From assembly GCF_963506605.1 (NCBI RefSeq), contig NC_083290.1, forward strand, positions 5,642,001 to 5,706,000: a stretch of DNA of 64,000 bases, in the 5' to 3' direction. The first letter of the stretch is position 1. Each line of letters starts with the position of its first letter. The stretch is from Zootoca vivipara. Its lineage: Eukaryota. Under the pieces are notes generated by a model. The model was not told the origin of the DNA. It searched no databases and was given only the letters and a program-made list of their open reading frames with translations. Both the position numbers and the translations under genes were made by a program. Below are positions 50,843 to 64,000 of this stretch, in pieces.

Positions 50843-52090
50843 GCAGATGATCATATTTTGAAGCAAATACACATTACCAGTCAATGAATGCACCTAGCCA
50901 GTAAAAGGGCTCTTATTACAGAAGACCATTCAGTCCAGGGTCTAAAGCTACCTAACCGCACCACTGGCTATGATGGTCACAAGGCAGCCCTGACATCAGT
51001 GGCCCAGTGCGTCTTCCCCCTCTCCTATCAGGTAAGCTAAAAATGCACAGTCATCCTGTCTGCGTGAACGTCCCCGCCCATGCCAACAAAAGCAGCCAAT
51101 GAAGCGGAAGGGGAAAACTTACAACGGGATGACATCATCTGCTTTAAAGTTACTGGGGAAGGGATAAGAGGAGACCTGGGAGAGGAGAGAACTACTAATT
51201 TTGGCAGCATTTTTCTCCCCCCCCCACCTCCCACCTCCAATCCAAGCGATCTCTGTAATGTCTAGCTTTCAGCCCCCGTGTTTTGACACATGGACAACTC
51301 AGGAGGATACTGGGTGGCCAAGAACCTTGAGATTTCACTGCGAAACACACACGTCGCTGGAATGGGTCTTATGGACAAGCAGCTGAACCGCACAGCTGCC
51401 GATGTCAACCCCAGTACAAAGAGCCCATGGTTGTTTCAACAGGCTCCTTGTTTGTTTTAACGACAACAACAACAAAAAATCCATATGCGGCACGTGCCTC
51501 TTTTATCATTTTAATATAAATAAGGCTCTCCAGCTGTTCATTCAAAAGAGAAGCAGCCGCCGCCAGCTTTCTTTCAACAGAAAAGGGGTAGGCAAGAGGA
51601 GAAAGGGAGAGCGGCAGGCGCCATCTTGCAGGCCAAGAAGCGGCTTTGATCTGGCAGTTTCGCTCCCGCGACACCTTTTCCTTCCTCTCCCCCTTCTCCT
51701 CCCCGCCTCCTCAAGAGAGTGCACTGAAAGGTTGGTTGTTTCTAGGAAGCTGCCCAAAAGGGTCGGCTGCGTAACACACACAAACAGGAGAACACAGATT
51801 TTTAAACAGAGGGAGGAAATAGTAAGAAAAAGGGAGTTTGCTACTGCTTGCGGGTGCACCCAAAAGGGGTATGAGGCTGATTGCATGGGTGGTAATACTT
51901 CGACCTCCCTCCCACAAGAGACAGTGATGGCCATCCCTATGGCTGGCTTTGAAAGAGGATTGGAGAAATTCATGGAGGAGGAGAGGGTTGCTAGTAACCA
52001 TGATGGCTGTGCTCTGCCTCCAAGCTTGGAGGCAGTAACGCTTCTGAACAACAACTGCTGGGAACCACAAGAGGGATGAATGCTCTTGAG

Positions 52091-52226
52091 CAGGCATCCC
52101 CAAACTGCGGCCCTCCAGATGTTTTGGCCTACAACTCCCATGATCCCTAACTAACAGGACCAATGGTCGGGGAAGATGGGAATTGTTGTCCAAAACATCT
52201 GGAGGGTTGAAGTTTGGGGATGCCTG
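52091..52226. mobile_element. hAT MITE (hairpin family) inserted in a CR1 3' UTR
   Basis: Perfect TIR CAGGCATCCCCAAACT and TSD CTCTTGAG. Confidence 0.92.
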
Positions 52227-52578
52227 CTCTTGAGGCTGGGTCCTGCTTCCTGGTTTCCCACAGACATCTGGTTGGCTGTTATGGGAACAGGGGGCTGGAC
52301 TACAGTAGATGGTCCATTGACCTGATTCAGCAGGCTCTTCTTATGTTCTTCTGTTAACCTGCAGCCGGAGTATGTATGGGGGCCCATACATTAAAGTCAT
52401 TAAACAAACAAAATCCCATACATATATTAAAGTCACCAAAAAACAAACAATTCCCTGCACAATTGCAAACATCTTTTGGAGAAGAGCTGAAAGGCTAGTA
52501 GGTATCCCTGTGATAGATATGTTTTCCATGTGTGTATAGGAACAAAGGATTGTAACAAACACAGTTTTACTCAGAGTA

Positions 52579-52933
52579 AGGTAAAGGTAAAGGGACCCCT
52601 GACCATTAGGTCCAGTCGTGACCGACTCTGGGGTTGCAGCACTCATCTCGTGTTATTGGCCAAGGGAGCCGGCGTACAGCTTCCAGGTCATGTGGCCAGC
52701 AAGACAAAGCTGCTTCTGGTGAACCAGAGCAGCACACGGAAACGGCGTTTACCTTCCTGCTGTAGTGGTACCTATTTATCTACTTGCACTTTGCCGTGCT
52801 TTCAAACTGCTAGATTGGCAGGAGCTGGGACCGAGCAACGGGAGCTCACCCTGTTGCGGGGATTCGAACTGCCGACCTTCTGATCGGCAACCCCTAGGCT
52901 CTGTGGTTTAACCCACAGCACCACCCACATCCC
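52579..52933 (-). mobile_element. Sauria SINE, full length
   Basis: Same family. 12-bp TSD TTACTCAGAGTA. Interrupts an older palindromic repeat. Confidence 0.92.
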
Positions 52934-53869
52934 TTACTCAGAGTAGACCCCCTGAAATTAATGAAGACACGTTAGTCATGCCCATTTTCTTTCAACTGAA
53001 TACAACCCATAGGGAGCTGCCTTATACTAATCTTTTTAAATAAGCTAAGTGTCCAATCCATCACATCATCTTGTGGCTGTGAGTTCCACAAATAAATTAT
53101 GTGGAATTTGCCATCATAATGGACTGTGATTGCCACTAGCTTTAACTGCTGCCGGGGGGGTGGGGTGGGGGGTTAAGCTGGTTGAGGGCTAACAAAAATG
53201 GCTGTAGGTCAGGGGAAAACCATTCTGAAGAAACACTGTGATCCACTAACCACTCCTTCGAATTAAGGAACATAGCAAGCAGTCAGACCATTGATCCATA
53301 TAGCTTAGTACTGTCTACACTGACTCTACACTGAGTGGCAGTCTCTCTCTTTTTGTTTCAGATGGGAGTTTCTCCCAGCCCTACATGGAGATGTCAAGGA
53401 TTGGACCTGGAACCTTTTGCATGCAAAGCAGATGCTCAGCAACACAAGAATACCTTTCATAATATTTATCGGATTTGTCCAGAAAAACACACCAAGGTAT
53501 TTTTTTTAAAGTGACATTTCCCCAAAGTGTGTGCATATATCACTGAGACACAAAACAGCAGAACTCTTTTAAACCTACCACAAATTGCAGGAGGTATGGA
53601 AACACTTATTTTTCAAAATCAGAAAAAGGTGCTCCCAATCTTAAGACATGTGCTACTAAACCTAATCCTTTCACTTGGAGGAGGAAGCAATAGTAATTTG
53701 GAAAAGACATGGTAATTCTTTGCCCCAGATTGCCTAACAGCAGGTCTCAGGAATGAAATTTAAAATGCACCTTACCCTGAAGGGGATACAACCAAATGAA
53801 ATGCACTTACATTTCCCTGCTTCTTTCCAGGCAGAGCCCCCACTTCACAAAGAACACAAGACTGCCTCT

Positions 53870-54380
53870 GAAACTTCCCTAAACAGGGCTGCCTTCAGAT
53901 GTCTTCTAAATGTCAGGTAGTTGTTTATTTCCTTGACATCTGGTGGGAGGGCGTTCCACAGGGCGGGTGCCACTACCGAGAAGGCCCTCTGCCTGGTTCC
54001 CTGTAACTTGGCTTCTCACAGCGAGGGAACCGCCAGAAGCCCTCGGCGCTGGACCTCAGTGTCTGGGCAGAATGATGGAGGTGGGAGACGCTTCTTCAGG
54101 TATACTGGGCCAATGCCATTTAGGGCTTTAAAGGTCAGCACCAACACTTTGAATTGTGCTCGGAAACGTACTGGGAGCCAATGTAGGTCTTTCAGGACCG
54201 GTGTTATATGGTCTCAGCGGCCGCTCCCAGTCACCAGTCTAGCTGTCGCATTCTGGATTAGTTGTAGTTTCCGGGTCACCTTCAAAGGTAGCCCCATGTA
54301 GAGCGCATTGCAGTAGTCCATGTGGGAAATAAGTAGAGCATGCAGCACTCTGGTGAGACAGTGTGCGGGCAGGTAGGGTT
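53870..54380 (-). mobile_element. L2-clade LINE ORF2 3' fragment
   Basis: Minus strand encodes the L2-type C-terminus (LYMGLPLKVTRKLQLIQNATARLVTG...KVLVLTFKALNGIGPVYLK). Shares cttccctaaacagggctgccttcag with the other copies. Confidence 0.85.
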
Positions 54381-55771
54381 TTAATGTTTTAGGTTACAAC
54401 AGAAGAGAAAGAATCCTGATTTCAAAAAGGTAACATTCACAATAAAATATTATTTATATTATGAGCAAGTAAAAAATTGGCTCAAGCTTCCAAAAAGCAA
54501 ACCTTGCCATGGCTAAAAGAGTTGCCCTAAGTCAGTTAATTGCAACTCAGATCAGCTGGTAATTCAGATCAAGAGGTAAGTCCAGAGATTTACTTCACAT
54601 CACAAAGTAGATTGGCAATATAATAAACAATGTGATACACCCTCCACAGAGCCACAAGGACAGAGCCTCAACTCATAAGATTATTTTTTCTGGAAGACCG
54701 TATAAAACTGCAGTTTGCATAGCTGCAAACCATTTCAGCACACTTTCCCCAGCCCAATGCCCTCTGAGCGTTGTTGGACTACAACTCCCATCATCCTTTA
54801 CCATAGGCCATGCTGGTCATGGCTCTTAGAAGCTAGACTCCAACAATATCAAGAGGGCACCGTGTTGGCAAAGGCTGATCCAGACATTGCAGGCAGGAGG
54901 GATTTGACACAGGATTTCCACTGTCAGCACCATCCAAGTGTTCTTTGTCGTTGCACTTCTCTCTTCAGCTGAGGACAGAGTCCTGGGCTCTCCTTGAAGG
55001 GAAGACCAGATGAGAGTGGACCCAGCCAAAGAGTCTGAGCAGGCTCAGTGCTAGAGCATCTACTCTACATGCACAAGGTCACAGGTTCAATCCCTAGCAG
55101 GTTCAATCCCTAGGGGGTGCTAGGAGAGAACTCAGTCTGAAATCCTGGAGCGCCACTGGCTGACAGTGAAAACAATCCTGAGCCTGAAGGACCAATTGTC
55201 TGTCTCAATTGTAAGACAACTTCCTATGTTCCTACACTGAGTGAGGCCTGGCATTTGCTCTGGAGTACATACAGTCCAAATTAAGAAGAGGAGTTTTGGT
55301 TTTTTTAAAAGCTTGACATGTTGTGCAGGAAGACCAAACAACATCTTAATCATACAGCAAACCCGCTGCATATTTTATTCAATCAACTGTAATATTTGAA
55401 CCTGGCTGGTCTCCACCAGCCAGACAGCAAATCATATGGCTACGCAGCAATCTGGGTCTCTGACACAGCTGCCCATCTCTGCCCCCACCATAACGGCAGG
55501 AAAGCATGGATCCAAGATGTGCTTGGAAATGCTCAAGTTAGTAATAATACTAATAATGCAATAATAATTGGGCAGGAGATCAGCTAGTATAGGACTGGCA
55601 GGGCCTCAGCATCTGGCACTGAAGCCCACAGACCCCTTTTATTCTTCAAGGGTGATTTTTATAGTGTGAATGCGCCCTCTGAAAGTATCCTAGAAGTATT
55701 ACTGACAGACAGAAGGCCTAACTATTAGTAATCTAAAATGTAATGTGAGAGAAATTTAGATTTTCTCCACT

Positions 55772-55972
55772 AGGTAAAGGTAAAGGGGCCCCTGACCATC
55801 AGGTCCAGTCATGTCCGACTCTGGGGTTGGGGCGCTCATCTCGCTCTATCGGCCGAGGGAGCCAGCGTTTGTCCACAGACAGCTTCCGGGTCATGTGGGG
55901 ATTCGAACCGCCGACCTTCTGATCAGCAAGCCGTAGGCTCTGTGGTTTAACCCACAGCGCCACCTGGGTCCC
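55772..55972 (-). mobile_element. Sauria SINE with an internal deletion
   Basis: Head and tail are present, but the middle ~170 bp is missing at the junction tcatgtgg|ggattcgaacc. Confidence 0.88.
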
Positions 55973-56027
55973 TAGTCACTAATAATTCTTTCTCAGTATT
56001 GCCACCCGAGAGCCGTATGTCATTAGT

Positions 56028-56245
56028 ATTATCTTCTTCTTTGGCGATCACTCGTATCTGAGTAAGATTGTCTTCCATGAACACGGTTTTAACGATGGGT
56101 CTGTAAGTGACTGTGGAGGCCAATTCTGGATCCACACGTCCTTCCACAGTGGGGACATTGGTTTCCGGGTGGGAGTTGATCATGGTGTGGATTTGCCAAG
56201 CGCATCTTCCTCTTAGCATGTTTCTCCCTTGCGTCCTGAGATCGA
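56028..56245 (-). mobile_element. RTE-like LINE 3' end with a C-terminal C2H2 zinc finger
   Basis: A frame not listed in the ORF track reads RSQDAREKHAKRKMRLANPHHDQLPPGNQCPHCGRTCGSRIGLHSHLQTHR* (stop at 56089-56091), followed by a short 3' UTR and a GAA-rich tail. Confidence 0.8.
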
Positions 56246-59200
56246 ATGTAGCTCCTTCCCCTGACCACATACAGAGTGAAGAGTTTGGGTTTTTAAAAGA
56301 AAAAGAAAAAAAGAAATAGCATACATGGGAAGGGGGGGTGCTATATCAATAGTTAGTTCTATGTTGAAATTTCTCTAGGGCCTCTAGGTCATTGATCTTC
56401 AGTTTGGGACCCGCTAGCAGGTTGGGATGCATGATCAGGACTGCTGCCATACAAATATCTGGCCCTTTGTCATCTGAGAGATATGTCCACCCCCCAGCCT
56501 TCTTCTCATTGTAAATCATTCTAACTCATTCTACATTGTTGTAACCTACCCCATGACCTCAAGGTGAAGGATAGGTAAGAAATATGAATAATCATCACCA
56601 TCTTTTAAAAAAATGTTACAAATTGGTGCCCAGATGCAAGTTTGGGCTAAAGGTGGGCCCCAGGTCTGAAAATGTTGAAGATTGGACTTTAGATGTTGGC
56701 CATGACCTACCAAAACAAAACTGAGACTCACAAGCGAGCCAGATGCTTTTGGGTCAGATCGGGTCTGTATCCCCAGAGGTATACCGTACATAGTGGGGCA
56801 CTCCACTGTGGGTGTACTTTATGCTGCACAACTAAAGCGCTATCCCTAAGGGAGGTATCCAGAGTCTGCCAGCACCACAATGGAACCTTTCATTTACTGA
56901 ATGCACATACAACCCAAAAGTCCAGTGGAAACTCCAAACTCCGGCATTGCAGGGTGTTGGACTAGATGACTCTCAGGGTCCCTCCCAACTCTACAATTCT
57001 ATGATGGTACTCCAACATGCAAGAGAAGAAAAATACACAAACTCAAGAAGTTTGTGAGCCCTGGCTGGTGAGCTCTGCAGCAAGTTTGGTTATATATTCA
57101 AATAAGCACAAACCACAGTTCTGTTCGGCTAACACCCCACATCTTTCGTCCTTTGAGTGAAAAACAACCTCAGAAGATAGAAAAATTAGCAACATCAAAA
57201 GACATATATATCAAAGCCTTTCACAAGCCCCCAGCCTGCTTTTAATTTTAAAAGAAACAAACCAAGGTACAGCTAAACCAGACTTTTAACTTGCTCCATA
57301 TATAAAAGCAGTTGTGGGCTCAAACAATTAGTACTGCTTTTTTGTTATTTTCAGTGGAATCCATAGGCACAAGCTTATGATATTAAGAGATGACAGCTGA
57401 ATTTAGAGAAGGAAGAAGAAGCTTGAATCACAGCATCGTGGGAATGGAGGAGCGTGCTCTGAAGAAAGAGGGTCAAATGGGCACATAGAATCATAGATTC
57501 ATAGAGTTGGAAGGGACCCCCAAGGGTCATCTAGTCCAACCCCCTGCAATGCAGGAAACACCCAACCCAGGTTCTAAGAAAAACAAGTCATGGAGAACCA
57601 ATACTGCCCTCTAAGTAGGAGCTTTCCTGGTTTTCAAATAGAGTCACTACAAAGCAACAAAAGATAGTGCCTTCTTCCAAACTTTTGCTTGATAGCTTTG
57701 TAGCTCAACACAAGAGAGCGAAAAGGGAGGAGGGAATGATTGTAAAACAGATGCGGAGGGAGCAGAGCTGTCTGCAAATAGCAGCTGTATAAACCCAAGA
57801 GATGCTTCCATCAAAGGCAGCAGCAACAGAAGATGATGGTGGTGATGGGACAACAGCAGGAAAGAGCTTGATGGGGCCTTTGCAGAAATCACACTAGCGA
57901 AATGATAAGTAGGGATGAAAAGGCAACCTTTTCCGTTCTGCTCTGTATTTTTCCAGGCAGCACTGTTGCCTTTCCTACATTATTCAACTCGCTGTCCGCT
58001 GTGGCAAAATGTAATTAATTACGTAAATTACATTATTCCACCCTATTCATTTCAGTGCAAAGGAAACACAATGCGAATGGCGGGGAGGGCATATGCCCAT
58101 TATGCATCATTCGTGGACTGATAATAACGACAGCAAATGCCATTGATATTTTCTGGATTTAATTCCATTCTGAACATATGACAAATGCATTAAAATCAGC
58201 TATTTCTGTTCCCATTGTCGCTGGAATTTTCTGATATCCCTACAGCCAACAGGGAGCAATGCCTGATGGCTTCTGGTTAATATAAGTGCGATTCCTATGA
58301 ACCATGTTCTTACTAGTGAATGCCTAACCCAATTGCAACCTTCTAGCTTATTCAGTAATTCTTCAACAATTTATTTTTTTTGGGGGGGGAGGAATAACCA
58401 GTTAACATGGTTTTATTTTATTATATTGTGTATTTTTTATTGTCATGTATGCAGCTTGGAGCAATTGGTTTGAGGGAAGCAATTTGTAAGTAGAATAGCT
58501 TGACATTGCAACTCTCTCCACCCCACAATTATATTTCCGTGCTAGTTATTAGGTTCCAGACTGCTTCCTAATACATCATTCTCTCAGTTACTTACTCAAA
58601 TTTAAAATTATTTCAAAATACATGTTTTCTCTTCTAATCCATTCATGCAATTGATGTCTTTACTTCATTTATGAATCATTCTCATGAAATATCCCAAAGC
58701 AATATAACAATGAAAATATTGTAAAGGACCAATAAAACCGTGATATGAAGAAAAATGCAGGAACTGTTGTTGTTCACATCTTGGTGCGAAACTAGTTTTA
58801 TTTTGGAACAAAGAGTCAAACTTGTTAGTTTAATCCAGTTCAAATTTGACTGGAGTTTTATTTTGTTTTTTAACTTGGATTTTTATACCACCCTTCATCC
58901 AAAGATTGCTGGGTATCTTAAAATAATTAAAACAGCAAAATAATATCAAGCAGCAGCAGCTGCATTTTAAAGAGACCGTGGCTACAATCCTATGCCACCT
59001 GGCAGCAAGCCTCACTGAACTCAATAAGACTTACGGTACTTTTGAGTAGACATGTATAGGGATAGACTGTTAAAAAAAATTTAAAAATCACTACCACAGG
59101 CTAGAGAGAAGTTTAGGAGATATATATATTCTTGCACAACTCAACACCAAAGGATTTTTCAACTTTTAAGCCTCAGGTTTGGGAGTGGATGGGTGTTTCT

Positions 59201-59425
59201 GAATAAAGAGTTTGGTTCATATGGCAAATGTACCATAAATACAGTTCGTCCAGAGTCAGAACCATAAATCCAACACCATCCATAATATTGAAATTGCAGG
59301 GTAGGAAGCTTTGACATTTGGGACACATGTAATCCAAAGACATCCTGTACTTTAAATGTATGAAACATGACACGCCCAAAAACGGTTACAGAATACTTCC
59401 ATACCAGCTAGGAAGCTGAAATTTG

Positions 59426-59482
<57 letters not shown>

Positions 59483-60062
59483 CCAAGAGTTACTACAAGA
59501 GTCTAAGAAGCTGTTCCCCCCCCCCATGTAATAGTCAAAAACTGTGAAGGATAACGTTGACTTACAATAAGGGTCACTGATATGAAATGGCCAGTACAAG
59601 ACAATCCACATGTGAGAGTATTGGATGGTGGGAAGAGTGTTGCCCCATCACACATTTGAATCTGCTTTGGATTAAGGGAGCAGGTATTTCATTCTGCCAC
59701 TCTCAGCTGAGGATGAGCAGCTGCAGTGCAAGATGTCTGTGGAGAAGATGCAAGTGGAGCACAAGACGGGGAGAAGGGACACATGGATTGACTGTAGGGC
59801 CAAGCAGTGTGTAGGGAGGGGGGCTGCTTTCAGACAGATTCCAGGTGAAGACAGCACTTTGTTTTGCCCCTGCTCTTCCAAGGTATTTGGCGGCCCTTGG
59901 AAACATCTGAACAACTTATTTAACTAGTCACAATGACAACAGAGAGCCTCCAACTTCAGAGGCAGTATACAGTACTAGATGCTGGGGAGAAAAGAAGAAG
60001 GCTCTAGCTTTCATACTGTATTTCTGGGCTGCCCAGAAATGGGAAATGGGATGCATCTAATC

Positions 60063-60198
60063 CAGGCATCCCCAAACTTCGGCCTTCCAGATGTTTTGGA
60101 CTACAATTCCCATCATCCCTGACCACTGGTCTTCTTAGCTAGGGATCATGGGAGTTGTAGGCCAAAACATCTGGAGGGCCGCAGTTTGGGGATGCCTG
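60063..60198. mobile_element. hAT MITE (hairpin family)
   Basis: Perfect TIR CAGGCATCCCCAAACT and TSD ATCTAATC. Confidence 0.92.
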
Positions 60199-61570
60199 AT
60201 CTAATCTATCTGCAAGAAGCATTCAGAAAACTGGATCCATGCATTCAGAGCACAGTCTATATTTGCTACCGGTAGGACCGGGTTTTCCAGCCTCAGGTCC
60301 CCATGTTTTGTTGGGATACAACTTCCATCATTCCTGATCACTGTCTAAGATGGGTTGTAGTTCAACAACTCCTGGGGACCCAAGGTTGAAGAGCCATGTC
60401 ATTGTGAAATTAGATTAGCTTGAAATTGCAACTTGAAACTGGATTAGGTTAGAGTTAATATTTCTATGCTGTCTCCAGTAGAATCTCCAGGACTCTAACC
60501 AAGATCCCCCAAAATACAATCATGAAGATGAGTAACAGCTAATAGACAAAGTGTGTCCCCATTTTCATCAACAAACAAAAAATAATGATAACATGATAAC
60601 TATAACAGAACATATTTTCTTCTGTGAGATGCACTCCACAGAAGCAAACTCAACTGGTTCAACACCAGGTAAGCAAAGAGATGGACAGAAAGGGACAGAA
60701 GGCCTGATACAGGAGAGGGAAGAGATCAGTACTGTAGATTGATTTTGTAGTCATCCCAGAATAGAAAGAACCAACTTGGATGGCTCTAAAAGAGGCTTAG
60801 ACATATTTTTGGAGGTGAAGGATATCAATGGCTACAAGCCATTTTTGGAGCAATATGCCTCTGAAAACTAGTTGCTGGGAGCCACAGATGGGGAGAATGG
60901 CTGTTGTGCTCAGGTCCTGCTTACAAGCCTCCCATAGGGGCATCTTGTTTGACACTGTGAGAAAAGGGTGCTGGAAGAGGTGGGCCTTTGGCCTGATCCA
61001 CCTGCAGCGCTCTTCTTCGGCTCTTAAAAATAATTATCTGCCCTCTAGTAGATGGGATTACTCTAGGTTGGAGCGGGGCACCTTTGGCTATAAACACACA
61101 CTCATATGTACAACTGCTGCTTTCTGTGACCTGTGGCATCATCTCTCACCGCAGAAGCTGGCATTTTAACCAAGGCCTGCCTCACCTGAAAAAATTAGTG
61201 TGAGCCTCATTTTCCACTACAGTGAGACAAGTCACGTGTCACCAGACACTGCTGTAATAATCCCATCACATTTTTGCATTACTTAATATATTTGGATAAA
61301 TGAGTCCGTTTTAATATGGACTAAAGGATTCCACCCGACCAAAAAAGCCCTCCAAAAACCTTTATTGGTTTTATGAATTTCTATATCCCTCAGAAAGCTT
61401 CATCCTAAATCCATGATATCCCACTCACTCCAACCCCATTTCAAAGGCTGAATTTTGCATCCTGAGCCCTAAATTAGCTGAAAGGGTATTTGAAATTACA
61501 ACATTATACAGATGGTCCGTTGGGAGCAGGCAATGCTTAATCTAGCAAATAAAGGCTGAGTGCCCCCCTC

Positions 61571-61640
<70 letters not shown>

Positions 61641-64000
61641 AGCACAATTTTCATTATGCCAGACCTTTCAAGTGAAAAAGAAAATGAGGCGACATCAGGT
61701 CTCCCTTTCAATATCTTTGGCACCTGCAAAGGTTTTTGGGCAGGCATATTGCTTCGTTTCCAGCCCATACATGTGACATATCTTCCTGCTGAAATCCTGC
61801 AACATTGCATGTCACAAATGTTCAGGCTTACTTTGTCCTGCTTTTGTTGTGTTGTAGCATTAAGAGTGATCTTCCAAAGAGCAATAATGCAGAAACAGTG
61901 GGGAAGCATTTCATACAACTAACCAAGTGGAATAATGTGAGGCTGGTCCAATACGAATCTGCCAATAATGCACTATTATTGAGTCAGTAACATATTGCAG
62001 AACACAACCTCCCCACCACCACACAAAAAAGCACCAGTCTTGGGGGCCTCTAGGTTCTGGTTTCCCAGCATGAATGCAGAAGCAGCAGGCATGCACTTCA
62101 AGAGGGCCATTTAGCCGGCTGGGGGAATTGAGCTCACGTCTCCTGGGAATGATCAGTGTTGGGCTTGTGGCTGAGCATGGGACGGGACACCCAGATGAGT
62201 CCCACTACAAAGACCCCCTAAGGGGCAAAAAAGCAAAAATAAATAAAACCCCAGCACAATGTAACCTACAACCAGCCAATCAGATAAAGGATTACAATTC
62301 ACCCTGTAAACAAAAGCTCACTGCCATAACAGAAAAAGACTTTAAATCTAGACAGGATCAAAACAACAAGCCCCAAACAAACAAGACTGCATTCTGCACA
62401 TCAAGAGCAGCAACTGCACGCCACACAGTTTAACAGAAAGCTGTGGGGTTGCTTAAAAGTTTGCAGCCACTAAAAGCTGGCTCCAGCTCATCCCGAAAGA
62501 CTTCCAATGGCAGCCAAACTTTTACCCAGCAAACACAAGAGGCGAAACACAGCAATTCTGCAGCGCCACTTAAAAGACGTTAAGAGACCCAGCTGGCCCA
62601 GCTCTTGTATACGCTGCCAAGACCCGAGAACTATAAATCAGTTTTTAAAATGTTTCTTCTGCTGGACTTCAGCATATATTAAATACCATTATTTCTGGTC
62701 AGGAACATTTGAGAAATATATGCAGAAGACCAGGAAGGTTAATATAAATTCTTGCTGAGCGACAGCAATACAAAGATGTGTGTGTGTGTTTCAGCCAAGA
62801 TAAGAAAATGGCAGTTAAAAATACTAATATTTACTTTTAACTTTTAGCAAAAATAAGAAAAAAAATAAGTGTCTCAACACCTTAAATCAGAGGTGTTAAA
62901 ACTTTCCGCCTCTAGGGAATCTTTTCCACACTAACTTGCTTGCAGAGGAATCCTTGTGTATTTGTAGAAGTTTCTGGTGCATATTACAACTGGCTTTGTT
63001 TCCACATGGGGTTCTGACCAGGCATGTATCAAAGTCACGCGCCCTACATACCCATACTGCTATAAATTTCAAAGGAAGATGGGCAGTGGTGAGCTAGCTG
63101 TCTTTCAGAGCATCATAGAATTGTAGAGTTGGAAAGGACCCCGAGGGTCATGAAGTCCAACCCCTGTAATTCAGGAAGATTGTTCACCATGACTGATCTG
63201 CCCTTCAGAGGATCCCCAGCTAAGCTTCCAAGGAAATCTACAGTGTCCTGGAACCCCCTGTTTGAAAACTACTGCCTTAGAAGAGGAAAAGAGCTATTGC
63301 GAGAATTTGCTTTGTGGCAAGGAATGTGGACCTTCTGGGCCCGTCTATCTTGCCCCAGAACACTCCACAGGCTACACCCCTCGCTGGCTCTGATCCATAC
63401 CCCAGGTGTTTTTGCCTGGCTGGAATGCATTCTTGAATCTGGAAATGCCTATTGCTTGCCTAGATGGAAGATAGAGAGAGGGGCACATAAACAAGCCTAC
63501 TGTACAAAGCTGGAATTTACATTTGCTGCTCCACCCACTTTTGCTTCTGGCCCCACTCACCACCAGCATGTGGTCCTTGGAAGGCAGCTTAGAAGGGAAT
63601 GTGGCCCTTGAGTCTGTACCCTCTGATCTAGCCTACCCTACAGCTGTTTGTGAAGACAGCATGGTATGGACCAGGGTGAGAGGAGACAAGCATGTGTGGC
63701 TCCTAGCGTTCTGTGGAGAATAAATATCAATAAATAAATCCATCCATCCATTTCAGAAACTTTTATCAACCATTCCAATGCATTTAACAGTTGCCTTATC
63801 AAGCTGTCCCAACCTTTTTGGAAGAGAGCAGGAAAGGAAAGCGAAACATTCAAGGCAGCTTCAATGCAGAGAGGGATTTTTATTTTTACTCCCTTTTTTC
63901 CCCTTGCAAGGTGTTTTGTTGTTTCCTAACCTTGTGCAACAGATAGAAACTCAAGGAAGAAACAGCACCAATTAGAAAAGCAAGGAGGAAGGCGCACGCT

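Noticed and set aside
51402-52141. Longest ORFs in the track (225 aa on +, 199 aa on -)
   Set aside because: They run through a CR1 3' fragment and a hAT MITE, have no recognisable domain and lack splice support, so they are probably chance ORFs.
55947-56270. 107-aa minus-strand ORF preceded by a pyrimidine tract, resembling an extra exon
   Set aside because: A different frame encodes the RTE-like LINE C2H2 terminus, and the ORF ends inside a Sauria SINE.

Overview
Vertebrate genomic DNA from a squamate reptile, most likely a lacertid-type lizard (inferred from Sauria SINEs and lizard-type L2, CR1, Penelope and hAT repeats). The whole window lies inside the BCAS3 gene (WD40/PROPPIN-like autophagy protein) on the minus strand. 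Five consecutive internal coding exons of 77, 77, 84, 171 and 94 bp have canonical AG/GT boundaries and compatible phases. The rest is intron containing Sauria SINEs, tRNA-derived SINEs, fragments of L1, L2, CR1 and RTE LINEs, Penelope-like fragments, many hAT and Tc1/mariner MITEs with clean target-site duplications (TSDs), microsatellites, and several repeat-free AT-rich blocks that may be conserved enhancers. The most unusual signal is a pair of diverged solo LTRs (25041-25468 and 34876-35343) whose first ~310-350 bp show codon-level protein-coding constraint, implying an LTR-encoded polypeptide of about 105-118 aa. Also notable are a minimal hammerhead ribozyme in the sense orientation of the BCAS3 pre-mRNA and two hAT MITEs inserted symmetrically into one 14-bp palindrome. 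No prokaryotic-type systems such as CRISPR are present. Repeat family names come from recall, not a database search, and boundaries of old repeats are approximate.
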